From Chrysomallon squamiferum (taxonomy: Eukaryota > Animalia > Mollusca), in contig CM022672.1 in assembly GCA_012295275.1 (NCBI GenBank), positions 28,830,001-28,894,000 on the forward strand: a stretch of 64,000 bases of DNA, in the 5' to 3' direction. The position numbers and the translations under genes were made by a program. The notes under the pieces are model-generated. The model saw nothing but the letters and a program-made list of their open reading frames with translations. It was not told where the DNA came from and made no database searches. Positions 26,049 to 38,640 of this stretch are shown piece after piece. How positions within the stretch are numbered: the stretch's first letter is position 1; each line of letters begins with the position of its first letter.

Positions 26049-26679
26049 ATGGATAAACAATATTCTATCCAGTTTTTCACAAAATTTGTGGAAGCAATGC
26101 AGAAATTCTGTCGAGACTATCTGGAATTTGAACAGGCAGTTGAACTAAGTGGTTATCTTTCTTTAGAAATAGATAATTATAAGAAAGAAAGATACATTCT
26201 GAGTGAGATGGTTCACAACACTGGTGATGTCATTAGTGAGAGTTACTGTGTAAAAGCCTTCAAAACTATGAAACGATTACCTGTTAGAAACAATTCAGAC
26301 ACAGTGCTCAGAGATAACACAAATATCAGAAGATCATCTGGTAAAGAAGTGACAGTAGATATTCGAGATAGTCCTGAACATCAGGTTTCCTCATACAATT
26401 CACATCATGGTTATTCTCCAACATCACAGCGTCATAATGTGTTGGGGAGGCGAGCACCAGCATTTGCTGCTGGTAGTGCATCTCAGGTTACTGATGTACA
26501 AAATCGTACATTAAATGTTGCAATGCAGATTCAGCCAAGACAATCACAGTTTTCAAGTTCAGGAATGACAACTGATGACACAGTGCTAGTAACAGTTGGA
26601 GATAGTAAAATGGGTTCTGGTGTGAGAGGGCAGAAAAGAAACAATTCACAATCAGAAGAATCACCTCTTCATAAAAAAG
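26049..26679 (+). CDS. Gene B constant coding exon 1: conserved 78-aa N-terminal domain plus disordered region
   Basis: ATG at 26049; donor AAAAAAG|GTATGT phase 1 at the same protein position (PLxKK|) as gene A. Confidence 0.9.
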
Positions 26680-26969
26680 GTATGTTTAATATAAGTTGCA
26701 CGTGTGTAAATGTGTCCAGAAAAAACCCATGAAAATTTACTTGGATTGTTAAACATACAGGTCAAAATACATGTTAAAGTTATCTCCTGTCTGTTTTAAC
26801 ATTTTCTGCCTTTATTACAATGAAAACATTAAAGGAATATTTAATCTCTGATTTTTGATAATTTATTTTATGTCATTAAATTTAATTCGGTAAATTTCCC
26901 TAAGTTTTTACCTAGTGAAACTTTAAATGGGATTTTCTCATATTTTTTTTTTTTTTAATTTACTTTCAG

Positions 26970-27385
26970 ACAAACTAGATACAGATATTGAATCTTTATA
27001 CAGTGCAGCTACTAGTATTGTGTCTACTTCTGAATCTGATATTACAAAGAACAGTTATTCAGCTGTGACAAAATCTAACATATCACAAAATGATACAATG
27101 CCAAATTTCCATGAATCACAATGTGCAGAACAAAAAGAGTCATCTGAAAGCATACGTTTACCAATCCCAGAAACTGTGACAGTTAAAGAAGAAAATGATG
27201 TTGTGTTCCTGGATAGTCCATATGAAGGCTCAAATAATGACTTTGATTCTTCTCAGATGGAAAGTTCTTTTGTGATGAATGAAAGTTCTCATGGTTCACA
27301 AGGTAACTCAGGTGGAAACCCAGATGATCTAGAAACACATTCTCAAACAGCTGGAAAAAACAAAGCTCATGTCAAGGTATTTCAG
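26970..27385 (+). CDS. Gene B constant coding exon 2 (Ser/acidic linker), last common exon
   Basis: Acceptor tttactttcag|AC (phase 1, G+AC=Asp); phase-0 donors AAG|GTATTT (27376) and CAG|GTACAG (27385); homologous to gene A exon 2. Confidence 0.85.
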
Positions 27386-28967
27386 GTACAGTGTGTCTTT
27401 TTTACAAACTTACATAGTTACTATTCAAGATTTGCTTTGATGTTAAAGTATTTATAAAATTCACACCTTGTGTTTTAATTTTGTAATTTTTAATTTTTTT
27501 TTTATATCTGGCATGGAAATAATTTTATTAAATTTAGTTTTTAAAAAAAACATGATTTATGCATATTTGTATATATTTTTTTACAAATAAATTTATTTAA
27601 AGTGTGTACAGTTGAATTACATTCCTACAAGTTAAACATTTTTAAATGTAAAAAAGGATGTTAAAAAATATATATATATATTTAAAATCATTAAGTTATG
27701 AACAGGAACTAAGCACAATATCCAGCATAAACTGGATGAATCATCAGTTACTAAATAAAATGCCAACATTTAAACATTCAACTATTGTCAATATTGTCAT
27801 TGTAATTGGAAATGATCTACATATTTATATTCCAGGATAAATATGTGCTATTGGTACATCTTCAAACTTAGCATAGAGCTGAATAAAAAAAAAAAAATTA
27901 ATGTTTTTATTAAAATGAAGCAAAACCTAAACAAAAATTACAAAATGTAAAACTTACAACTTCATAATTCTTTGTGCAGAAATCCTATGTGACACAGGAT
28001 TTGAGTAAAAATTCTTCACTAGTTAATCTGGCAGACTAAAATTGTCATATTTTAAACCAAGGTGTGAGTTTCTTGCTTAAACATCAAATCCTAACAATTA
28101 ATTTGTATGACATGAAATGAGTAGAAACAGACTGCTTCATATAAACAACAACTTGGCATTTTAGAAAATTATTTACATTATTATATATGTGTATATATAT
28201 ATTTGAATATGTTTAAAAAGAAAGATAGCTAATGAAAAAGCATGTAGATCAAGACTACAAGTTGGCTAATTTGTAAAATCTAAGTTGCCACAGTTCTGAT
28301 GAAGTGCAAAAATATATGCATTATAATTTAATAACTGTAACCCTAAATCCACAGTCTCAGACAGTTTAGTTTAATACTACTGGATTTTTTTAAAATTTAA
28401 TTTAACTCGTCTAATTAAACAGTACTTTTTTTTATAGGTGTTCAAACTATTATTTTTATAATGAATAACAAATTCTATTTTATTGAAAGATACAACTTTT
28501 AACATTCTTTTTGAACTTAGATGTAATCAACTTTAAACTTGTAAATTTACATATTCAGTGTCAGTAACAGCAAATAAGTAAATTAAAAAAAGAAAAGAAA
28601 AAGAATCTTCTTAAAATAGACAAACCTTCATATATTATTTTTGGGATATGGGTTGGTTAAATGCCATATTGCTGTTTTATATATATCTTATTGTCATAGA
28701 TTTTTATTTTTTATTAAATGGGATTCAAAATAAACATAAATAAACAGCATTCTGTTAATATTGCTGGAATATGAATTCAAGCTGTTTGCATATTCTATTT
28801 TATTTTCAAATGAGGTTCGAAAATAATGTATTGCATACTGGTTTGCACTGCTGGCAGATTGGATTTGTTTTTGTTGAAGATTTTATTTTTCACAAATGCA
28901 GTATTTGCTGAATTTCAAATTAAATAATTAGCATGACATCTGAACATTTCAAACAAAAAACATTATT

Positions 28968-30418
28968 TAGGTACCGGCAGCCTAGCTGATATAATTGGTT
29001 GAAGCTGTTAAAAGTTAAGATTTTGTCCATTTTCCTCCACTCCCAAATCCCTTCTATAAATCCTACCATAAAAAACAAATACATGTAACTAAAGATCTTT
29101 ATGTGCTCTTTTAAATGGTGTTGTTGTTGATATTGTATGTTTAATCAGTTCTTTGTGCGAGAGTGTTAAACGCTGTAGGTGTAAACAATTAACGTGGAGT
29201 AAAAAGTCCTAAAATAGGGTCGCTCTACAAACGCCTGGCTTGTTTTTGCCAAAATGGCTTCAATGTTATTTTTAGCACATCTAGCAGGGTCAAAGTTCAG
29301 TCTTTCTAACAGTGTGCATGTTGTCGTTGGCAGTGGCTTATGTCAAAAGTTGTGTCCAAAAACGTACTTTTTCATGCCTTCAAACCTGTTTTAAAAAAAA
29401 CTGGCTGAAAATAAAACCTATGTTCATGGGATCAAATGAAAGATCATTCAATTATCTTTCAAACAATGTGCGACACTACAGTGTGTCGTCTTTGGCGAAA
29501 ACAAGCTCCGCGTTTGAACATAGCACATGATTAGCGAAATTGCCGTAGATCTTGTGTACAGCTAGAAAGGTCTGGCGCTGTTTAAAATGATTATATTTAT
29601 ATGTTTTTTATATTTTTAATAACTTGTTGGTTGTTTGTTTTTCTTCAATGTTCCTACTTTTAGTGTATACATTATAGCACGTGCATAGCGAAAATGCGTT
29701 CTGAAATAAATAAACTTAACATTGTTTTGCTGATTACTATCTTCAGTTTAAAACATCAAATGCTTGTAGACCTTTTAAGTAACATTTATATATATATGAT
29801 ATATACACATCACAGTATCTTAACTTACTACCAGTTATTTAATAGAGTGAAAATTGAAGCTGCTTATGTAAATAAAGTTGTGCTGTTCTATATAAATTGA
29901 AAAGGTAATTTTTTTTTATGGGCTTGGCAGAATTTTAATTTTTTTTTTATTACAAATGTTAAATTCAAGTATGTCATTTGAAAGTTCTTGATAAATTGTT
30001 CACAACACAGGTTGAATTTGTCAGATGAAACAAAAACTGAAACCACAGTGTTTATTTGAACTTTTACTCATTCTGCCACGTGTTATTTTGAAGATTTTGG
30101 CATTTTCAGCATGTTATTGTGAACACACATACAAACATACAGGTCTGAAAAAAACTGAGCTCATTTAGCCAGTTGGTATTATCACTCTTGTTGATTTTCA
30201 GCCTTTTCTGTCAATTACTTTTCAAACTACAGTTGGCCAAAGTAGCCCTTTCTGCAAATTAGCCAAAATAGGGCTAAAAAACAACCAAATACCTGTCGTA
30301 CCGATTTGCATATATCTTTTTAACCGCTGGAGACACAGTCATAATTTTTTCTTTGTTTTCATTCTTTTTGCATATTATGTGAAATTAAAGTCAGAAAATA
30401 TTTCCCTGCCGGTACCTA
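28968..30418. mobile_element. Non-autonomous DNA transposon (hAT-like), ~1.45 kb
   Basis: Perfect 13-bp TIRs TAGGTACCGGCAG / CTGCCGGTACCTA; flanks cattatt(t) and cattatgt look like an imperfect 8-bp TSD; interior more CpG-rich; no transposase ORF. Confidence 0.7.
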
Positions 30419-31270
30419 CATTATGTATAAAAAAAATAATGCCAGTTCAAATTAGTTTAATTATTTTATTACTTTTCTATTTTATATCTTTCTACACGTT
30501 AGGTTAAACCAGATATAAAACTCATAAATTGTAGATGTTTTCTGCATTGAAAGTTTTGATAAAGCAAAATATCCCCAAAACCCTCCCAAAACAACAAAGC
30601 AAGACTGTTTTGAATTTGTGTGAGAAAGTGATAAATAGCTGAACTAACCCAGCCATTGTGAATTTTGTTTTTATATTGAAGTCCTTTTGAACATATCAAT
30701 ACTTGCCATAAACATTTACATGTATACTGACATTGTTTTTAACAAAACAGCAAAAACATGACAATATCATATTTGTAGAAATTTTAAACCTATATTAACT
30801 TATTCATATTGTTTTTTAATGCCAGCTCTTTATCATTAACATTAACACTATATATTATTAAATTTCATTAAGAAGTATGTTTTGTGTGTGTGTGTGTGTG
30901 TGCATGTGCGTGCGTATTTGCCCATGTATACTTCTGTGTGTTTGTGTGTGTAAAATATTTGTTAATAGAAAAACAATCTATGTTTATGTTTAGACTATAC
31001 AAATCTATATTAGTTACATGATTGTTTGCTTGTATAAATTTCAGCAACAAACTTTGTCAGAGATTACTAACATCAGACTGTTTACTACTTTTTATTTTAT
31101 AGTTTAATTTCATAATTTACATCCTTTTATTCTGTAGTAGGAAACCTAAAAAGGATTATCAAAATTATTTTGGTATTAGAACTTTTTAATAAACAGTGAA
31201 AACAGTAGCCATATAATACATAGTAAAAGAAGAAAACTAATACTAGTTATTTTAAATATTGAATTCTTAC

Positions 31271-31274
<4 letters not shown>

Positions 31275-31310
<36 letters not shown>
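31275..31310. repeat. (TA)n microsatellite
   Basis: Perfect TA run. Confidence 0.9.
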
Positions 31311-31314
<4 letters not shown>

Positions 31315-33600
31315 AATACTAAAACAGATTGGGCATCAGAATTAGACTTCACTTGTTGGATCCTGGTGATCTTATTGTTGTTGGAAAACTTTTCTATTTA
31401 ATTCAGAACCAGGCTCCTAAAATTTGTTAAATGCTTTATCACTAATTATAGAAATTAATTTCTGTGGTTTTTTTCCATCTAAAAAAGTGAGACGGTGTTG
31501 GAGATTATTAAGATTGGTAATTGATTTTATTTTGGCTACAGCGGACAATATAAATAAAACGAACAGCATTTTATTCAAAACCAACTAAAATATATGAACA
31601 AGCAATCAACAACAAAGTATATGGGTTGCCTAAAAACATTGATTTCAGTTCATCATGTTCTGATCTCATGTTCAGATAGCTTTCATGACAACTGAAAGGT
31701 GTACATTTTCTAATATACATTGTACCTTTTAATTTATAGATTTGCCTTAAACTGCATCAAATTTTAATTGAGTATGTATATTTTCATATTACTAAAAGCA
31801 TTATGCATAAATCCAGAGTATATTTTGAGGAACAATGTTTAATTATTATCTTTGACTTGTTTTTCTTTTTTTTCTAATTTTAATGTCAGTTGTCCACTGT
31901 GAAAACTGTTAATGGCATACCTAGATATAACACAGATATATTAATATTTTTTATTTATTTATTTTTTAAATATAATGTTGAATTAGGCAAGAGCAAGATA
32001 CAAATCTTGAATTTACTGGACTGTTTTACAATCAGTGGTCTTGGGCAGTAGACCACAGTATGGTAGAAAGCATGCAAGTCATGTTAATTTATGTGAAAAA
32101 CTGATATACAGTTTCAAACTGATATTTATGAATGGTAACAAAAATTATTAATGCAAATACTGCTCTGACAGATAATGATATAGGCACAAACTAGGATATT
32201 TTACTACTTGTGCCTGTTCCTTTCAGGTCAGGGCCTGGAAACCCACTTGAAAATTATTATACTGGTTATTAAATATAATTTTGGCAATAAAAATCATTAC
32301 TAATATAAAGGGGTTTTTTTTCTTGTATTTTTGTAATACTGGAATTTATAATTAGGAAGACAACCTTATTTTCTAAAGACTGTCTTGAAATTGCATATAA
32401 AGATTTTATTAGAAATATGGAGAGGGACAAATAAACATTTCAGCTTTTAATAAATTCAGTGGTACATTGAGTTATAATGCTAGCAAGACTTGCAAATGTA
32501 ATTTCTGTGCACAGTAGTGCATATTACAAGAAAAGGTTTTTTAAGAAAAGTATTATACCCAGGCATACTTTCTGTTTTAAACTGACAGTATTATTTCATT
32601 CTTTCTTTTTTCTTCCATATAACAAAAATAAAAACAAAAAAAAAAACAACTTTCCAGTTGGTTAAATATAAATTAAAATTGAAATTGGTTCTAGCAAATA
32701 TTTTAAAATTAACATTGGTGTGCCAGTTTTTATTGGAACTAAATGAACATTTCAAATTTGATCTCGAAAGGTACTGAGACATCAAAAAAAAAAAAAACTT
32801 ATTTTCCCAAAGTATCAGTCATCAGTGATTTGCCCTTGATGGCAATGTCACATTTGTTAAAAGCAAAACACAACAACAAAAAAGGAACATTAATAATAAA
32901 GCATTACATATATCAAAGATAATATTGTAACAGTGGTTATTGTTACTTCAGTACAGTGTCACTTGCCAGTTTAATAAGGCAAAAACAAAACACACTGTGT
33001 TCCTTAAAAGTTAAATATGCATTAAAAATAGTATAATCATTTAGATGACTGATTGATTTTTTATTAAGGATGCACTTATTAATCTACTGCAGATCATCTG
33101 AGAACACTTTAAACTTTTAAAAAAAAGCAGTTAAAAAAAATAATTATATCCTTATATTTTATGTTACCAGTATTATTATAGGTAGAAAATACGTTGATTA
33201 AAATAAATTTTAAATTTCTCTTGAGAAGACTGACTGGATTAGTCCGCAATTTGGATTTATTGTGTATATTTAATACAGCAGAAATTATTTATATTTGAAA
33301 CGTTTTACCAATCAATGCAAATTTGCTTTAGTTAGAAAAAAACAAACTTTCTTCAACAAAGATTCAGACTTGTTATGTTGAATAGATCTGTTCTTCTATT
33401 ACACAAAGAAAAAACAAATGTCTGTTGGTGTATTTTAAAACTGTATATATGTATCATGGTCAACCTAGTTAAAACCTTGTCTATACATCTACACAGAAAA
33501 TTAATAATTAGTAATAACTAATGTTATTCTTATTTTATATTATTAGACATTTGCAGTAGAATTAATAAAAGCTTTAAGACATTCTTGTTGTTTTCAGCAG

Positions 33601-33954
33601 AATACCAGTCATCCATATACGGACATAAAATCATTTCACCAGTCTCTATCAAGGAAACCACTGCATGTTTGCAATAAACCATTAAATGAGAAAAAACGAC
33701 AAGTACCTCATAAATTTCATCAGTGTGATCTTTGTGACTACAAGAGCCTCTACAGGACCAATCTTTCACGCCACAGAGGCAGTCATTTTGGCATTTCTTT
33801 TCAATGCCCCTTTTGTCCAAAGCAGTCAAAAGATAAATATGAACATGCTTATCACTTGAAAGGACATGCTGGACAACTTAGCTGTCCTACCTGTGGGAAA
33901 CAGTATCATTCCCTTCCAGGATTAAATCATCACAAACGTACTTACAAACATTAG
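33601..33954 (+). CDS. Gene B alternative terminal exon B-V1: three zinc fingers (not in ORF track)
   Basis: NAGNAG acceptor ttgttttcagcag|AAT ACC, phase 0; 354 nt open with no Met: NTSHPY..CDLC..HRGSH, CPFC..HLKGH, CPTC..HKRTYKH*. Confidence 0.85.
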   Translation, partial: NTSHPYTDIKSFHQSLSRKPLHVCNKPLNEKKRQVPHKFHQCDLCDYKSLYRTNLSRHRGSHFGISFQCPFCPKQSKDKYEHAYHLKGHAGQLSCPTCGKQYHSLPGLNHHKRTYKH

Positions 33955-34559
33955 TTACAAATTAAATTTCCCTGGAAAGCTGAGGGTATGCCTTTAGTAA
34001 AGCAATGTTTGTTTGTCCAAACAGTAAATCATTTAATGGGTTTTTGATTTTTATATATAAAAAAATTGTTTAATCTCTTTGTACCATTATTTTCTGAAAA
34101 ATTGCTTAAAACAAAGTACATATATATTTTTATTATATATATATATATATATATTTTTGTTTTTTCATCATGAATCATAAGTAGTTTTTAGTTAGGACTG
34201 TAAATTTGTCTAAGCATTACAATTAAACAGATTGATAGCCTTAGGCTTTAATTATTTTTTCAACTGAAAGTATGATTCAAAAGTTTAATTGTCAGTTACT
34301 GAAAAAGAAAATGTGTGATTAAATTATAACAGAAGAAAACTGAATTATATTTAATTTAGTAGTGTTGCATTAAATTTAGGCATGAAATATTTAAAAAGCT
34401 ATAAAGTAATAAAAATTCCTGATGTATAATCATTCAGTGGTGGTTTTTTTTGTATTGTTTCTTGTTGCATATCACTTCTTTTTTTCTGTTGTATATAATT
34501 TAAATTTGACAAATTTGACAACACAAGAAAGTTAAAAACCAATTTTCATTTATCTTCAG

Positions 34560-34895
34560 AAAACCAAACTGCATCATAAGGCTTATAGCATCAGGCCAAG
34601 AGCAAAGGAAGCAAATCAATATGGCACTAATTCTTTTAGAAGTACCAAAAAAATAATGAAATGTGATCAGTGTGATTATACAACATTATATCTGACCAAC
34701 CTGAAAAGACATAGGAGTGCTCACTTAGGAGAATATTTTCCTTGTAGTCTCTGTCATAAGGTTATGAAGGACAAATATGAATTGAATTCACATCTGAAAG
34801 GACATGCTGGATTGCTGACTTGTAGAACTTGTGGAAAACAATACACATCTCTCAGTGGATTGAATTGTCACAAACGTACCTATAAACATGTGTAA
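34560..34895 (+). CDS. Gene B alternative terminal exon B-V2: three zinc fingers
   Basis: Acceptor ttcatttatcttcag|AAA ACC, phase 0, 32 open codons before the ORF-track Met. Confidence 0.85.
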   Translation, partial: KTKLHHKAYSIRPRAKEANQYGTNSFRSTKKIMKCDQCDYTTLYLTNLKRHRSAHLGEYFPCSLCHKVMKDKYELNSHLKGHAGLLTCRTCGKQYTSLSGLNCHKRTYKHV

Positions 34896-36059
34896 AATGT
34901 TTGTTGTTATTAGTCACACCTAATTACTTAAATAAACTGAGTTTATCATATATTTATTTTTATCAGATGTTTACCATTTAGTGTGGTTCTTGAAGGAAGT
35001 ATGATGGTGAAAGTTTATTTTAAAAATACTAGATTAAAAACTAACCTTTTATTTTCTCAAGATATATTTCATATTTTAAGGTGCATTGTTATTCATCAAA
35101 AATTCATTCAATGCAGTTATTAATTATTTCCCATTAAATTAGTATTTTGACAGAAAGTAATGGTTTTCTCCTGTTTTAATATATTTTTTAAAAAAGTCTT
35201 AATCATTTTATGTTGCATTTCAATTTAATATTTATGAATTAGACAGCTCTAATAATGTTAGAGGATTGATTGATTCTGTAAAACATTCTCAGGATTTTTA
35301 CATTTAAGTGAAAATATTTGGTGTTGAGTAAGATCTACCAACTTGAAACTGTCGTTATCTTTACAGGAACCAAAATAGGCAGAGTGGCATACAGTTGTCA
35401 GTTTTTGCTGAAATTTTGTTTTGTCACCATGACAGATGCTTTTAAAATAACAAATATATTTATGAAATAAAACAGGAAAGAAGTTCCTTGTAATCAAAAT
35501 AGATATCATCAGATAATCTGGTAAGTTAGGTGTCACACAGAATTAAAACAAAAGATTGAATATGCAAATACTTTTGTAAAACAGTTGGACAACAACAACT
35601 GTGAAATTGTTGCCTTACAGCCAAATTTAACATTTCAGAATCTTTGACCAGCTTGTCATAAGCTGACATAATTCTACCATTCATAAATATATATATTTTA
35701 TTTTTTTAATTTTTTTAATAACTTACAGCAAACTAATCCTGAGATTGACTGGGTTTTTTTTATTTTTGTTTTTGTGGCTACAAAAAATGTTCTTTCTGTT
35801 AATCTCATCCAAAAGCACCAGATTAAACAGGTTAATTGAAGTGTTTGTGACTTAGTTAATCTTACTGAAGATGTCTGTACCTCTGTTTTTAAATCAAGAA
35901 GTACACAATACATTTGTTGTTATAAAAGTAATATTTTTAGAGGGAAGTTGCTGACATTAATTTAAAGATATTAATTTCATGATTTATTAATGAAAAACAA
36001 AACAAAAAAAACAACAACAATTTATAGCTTACTGTATTAATTACTCCTTATTTCTGCAG

Positions 36060-36392
36060 AGTTCAATTGCCCCCGCTCCTGAAAGGAGTATTTTGCAATT
36101 TGGTGTGAAAGCAGGGGTTGATATGATGTCCACGTCAGGCTTGCAGAAGAAAGTCTACAATTGTGAAGACTGTGATTATCAAACATATCGTTTATCTAAT
36201 TACCAGGATCATAGAAGAAAACATACTGGGGATTACTTTCGATGCAGTGTCTGCCCATGCCAATTTTCAAACAGGTCAAATTTCAGGAATCATATGAAGG
36301 GCCATGCGGGTTTGCTGAAGTGTGAATCTTGTGGCAAAATGTATACTTCATTAGCTGGGCTGTTGAATCACAGAAAATGTAAATGTGTTTGA
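36060..36392 (+). CDS. Gene B alternative terminal exon B-V3: three zinc fingers
   Basis: Acceptor ccttatttctgcag|AGT TCA, phase 0; CEDC..HRRKH, CSVC..HMKGH, CESC..HRKCKC. Confidence 0.85.
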   Translation, partial: SSIAPAPERSILQFGVKAGVDMMSTSGLQKKVYNCEDCDYQTYRLSNYQDHRRKHTGDYFRCSVCPCQFSNRSNFRNHMKGHAGLLKCESCGKMYTSLAGLLNHRKCKCV

Positions 36393-38099
36393 CATTCAGT
36401 AACTTTTGTGAAAAAATAAATGCCCAAAGAGTTTTTAATTTTAATTTTATTTTTAAATTCATGACCATAGATCAGTGAAAATATTGACAGATTTTATATA
36501 CAATACAAGTTCTTAAATGGGCATGTGTATCAGAGTTCTGTAATTATGTTGTGGATTTAAATATGGTTTGTCTCATGATCAAAACAATCTTGATAAATAT
36601 TAGATAAAATAATGCTAGTTGAATATAAAAATATATGTAACATAATTCATGCAATTATTAATTCAAATGATATTTTTCATTGTTTAATGAAAACTGTTAA
36701 TAATAAAAAAAAGAGGAAATAAATGAAAAATTATAACTTATCCACTTTAATATTCCCCTCTCAGTTAAAATTGTTAATAGGTACACTTCTTTACAGTTTT
36801 CATGTTCATGCATTTCTGAAATAGTTGTTTCATGCATGTTAAAAATCAGCCTTTCATCATATTTCTATTCAGAAAAGCCAAACAAAAATGTATAGCTTCT
36901 TAATCTGCCCTTGCAAATAGACCTTGATTTCTAATATTGCACAATTCAGCATGTCTTTTACAGATAAAATATTTTTTGCTTACCACATCATTATATCTAT
37001 TCAAAATGGATAAATATGACCATGAGAAATTTGAAATGATTTTATTTTTTAATATTTTTGTATAGTTTCTTGTACCATATTAAACAAAATATACTACATG
37101 TTAAGTTAAAAAAAAACATAGTACTTGATAAACTGTGTTAAACAGAAAAACATTAACTGAAACCATGTAAAGTGGGAGATTGCTATATTACCATAAAATT
37201 CATTATCCTTACAATAAAACATAATATATATTCTGGTTAAGAGAAAAAGAAAAAGTCAAAAATGCTCTCTTAAAATAAATGAAGTGAAATTTTTATTTTA
37301 AATTTTTTTTTATTTTTTTTTTATTATTTTTTTTTTTGATAGTAATTGTTTTACAAGTTGTAGCAGTAATACAATTTTTATTATTATTTTAAATTAAATT
37401 GATTTATGATAGCTGTTACTTTTAAAGCTGTGATTATATTATCATAACAAGGAAGAAAACCTTAAAACAACAAAAACTACTTTTATATGTGGTATTCTTC
37501 AAGTTTATTCAGTTGTTAAAAATAATTAAAAATAAATTGTGGGATCATTATTATTGTATTAATATTTTAATATACTCTTGTCTACAAAATCAACAAATTG
37601 TCTATTCTATTAGTAAACTGAGCTGTCTTTGGTCTATCCTATTAATTTTAGACAATGATACACATTTATGATATTCATTCAGCTTTCTTGACTGAAATAG
37701 TTTATAAAAACATTTAAAACTCACACACATACACAAAATGTTAAGAAAATTTAGAGGAAATGTTGTAAAGGCATTGTTTATCAGATGTAGTGTCTTGGCT
37801 TGAATTCACTAATAATATTGGAGTTTGTAATAGTTAAAATAATCAGGTAAAAAAATAAAGCATTTAAGATACAAGATTTTTGTTGTGTTTATAAAATTTC
37901 TGTTTCATGTAAAATAATAATCTTATGAAGTATTTGTGTCATAGATGTTTGTCAGTGACACATAACAAAAATGCTTTAAGAAATCACCTAGACACTTTCT
38001 AAAAATATGTCCTTCTTTCTACAAGAGAGTAATTTTCAAATTGACAAATCAGGCTGTTCCTTTTTTGAAAGACTCTACTTAAATGAGGTTAATATAAAG

Positions 38100-38225
38100 T
38101 ATGTTACCCAACCCATTTAATAGATCAAAAGAAAATGCAGATAGGGCAGATATTAAATGTGAAATCTGTCCCAAGAAGTTTTGCTGTTAGATCAGATAAA
38201 GTCACATGCTGGATTGCTAGACTTT
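38100..38225 (+). pseudogene. Decayed variable exon remnant
   Basis: DIKCEICPKKFCC* followed by HAGLL in another frame, matching the family finger-2 and linker motifs. Confidence 0.55.
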
Positions 38226-38369
38226 CGAGAATTAGATTATTTGCATGTTGCAAGTAAAAACACAAGAATATATTAAATTACTTGGAAACATTTCATTTTA
38301 TAAGATTCAATTTGCATATGCTGTGTAATGCTGATGAAACACTCTTAAATGTGGTGCTTCGTTCCAGCT

Positions 38370-38640
38370 TTACTTTAAATACTTCAAAGAAATGGCTGAC
38401 TGGTGTTTATAGAGTTGAAAATAGATCCTTTTCACAACACCTTCTTGTACTACCTCCATGATCTGAAAATGAGTCATAACAGAAGAATTCTGGGCAAAGA
38501 AATAAAAAATGTCATTGTTGTAGGAGTCCATACAGTGCCAGATTTCATGGATCATAGAAAGATTAAATCAAAAGATTATCACAGATATAATAGTCTGTTG
38601 AAGTCATTTTGCTGGTGAATCAAATACCACAAACAGCTTG
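38370..38640 (+). pseudogene. Decayed variable exon remnant
   Basis: Fragments in shifting frames KKCHCC, FMDHRKIKSKDY and HFAGESN resemble FRDHRRIHTKDY (B-V6) and QFAGKSN (B-V4). Confidence 0.55.

Noticed and set aside
20115-26679. Naming the genes lola or mod(mdg4)
   Set aside because: The N-terminal domain shows no recognisable BTB/POZ motifs; the likeness is architectural only, so no symbol is given.
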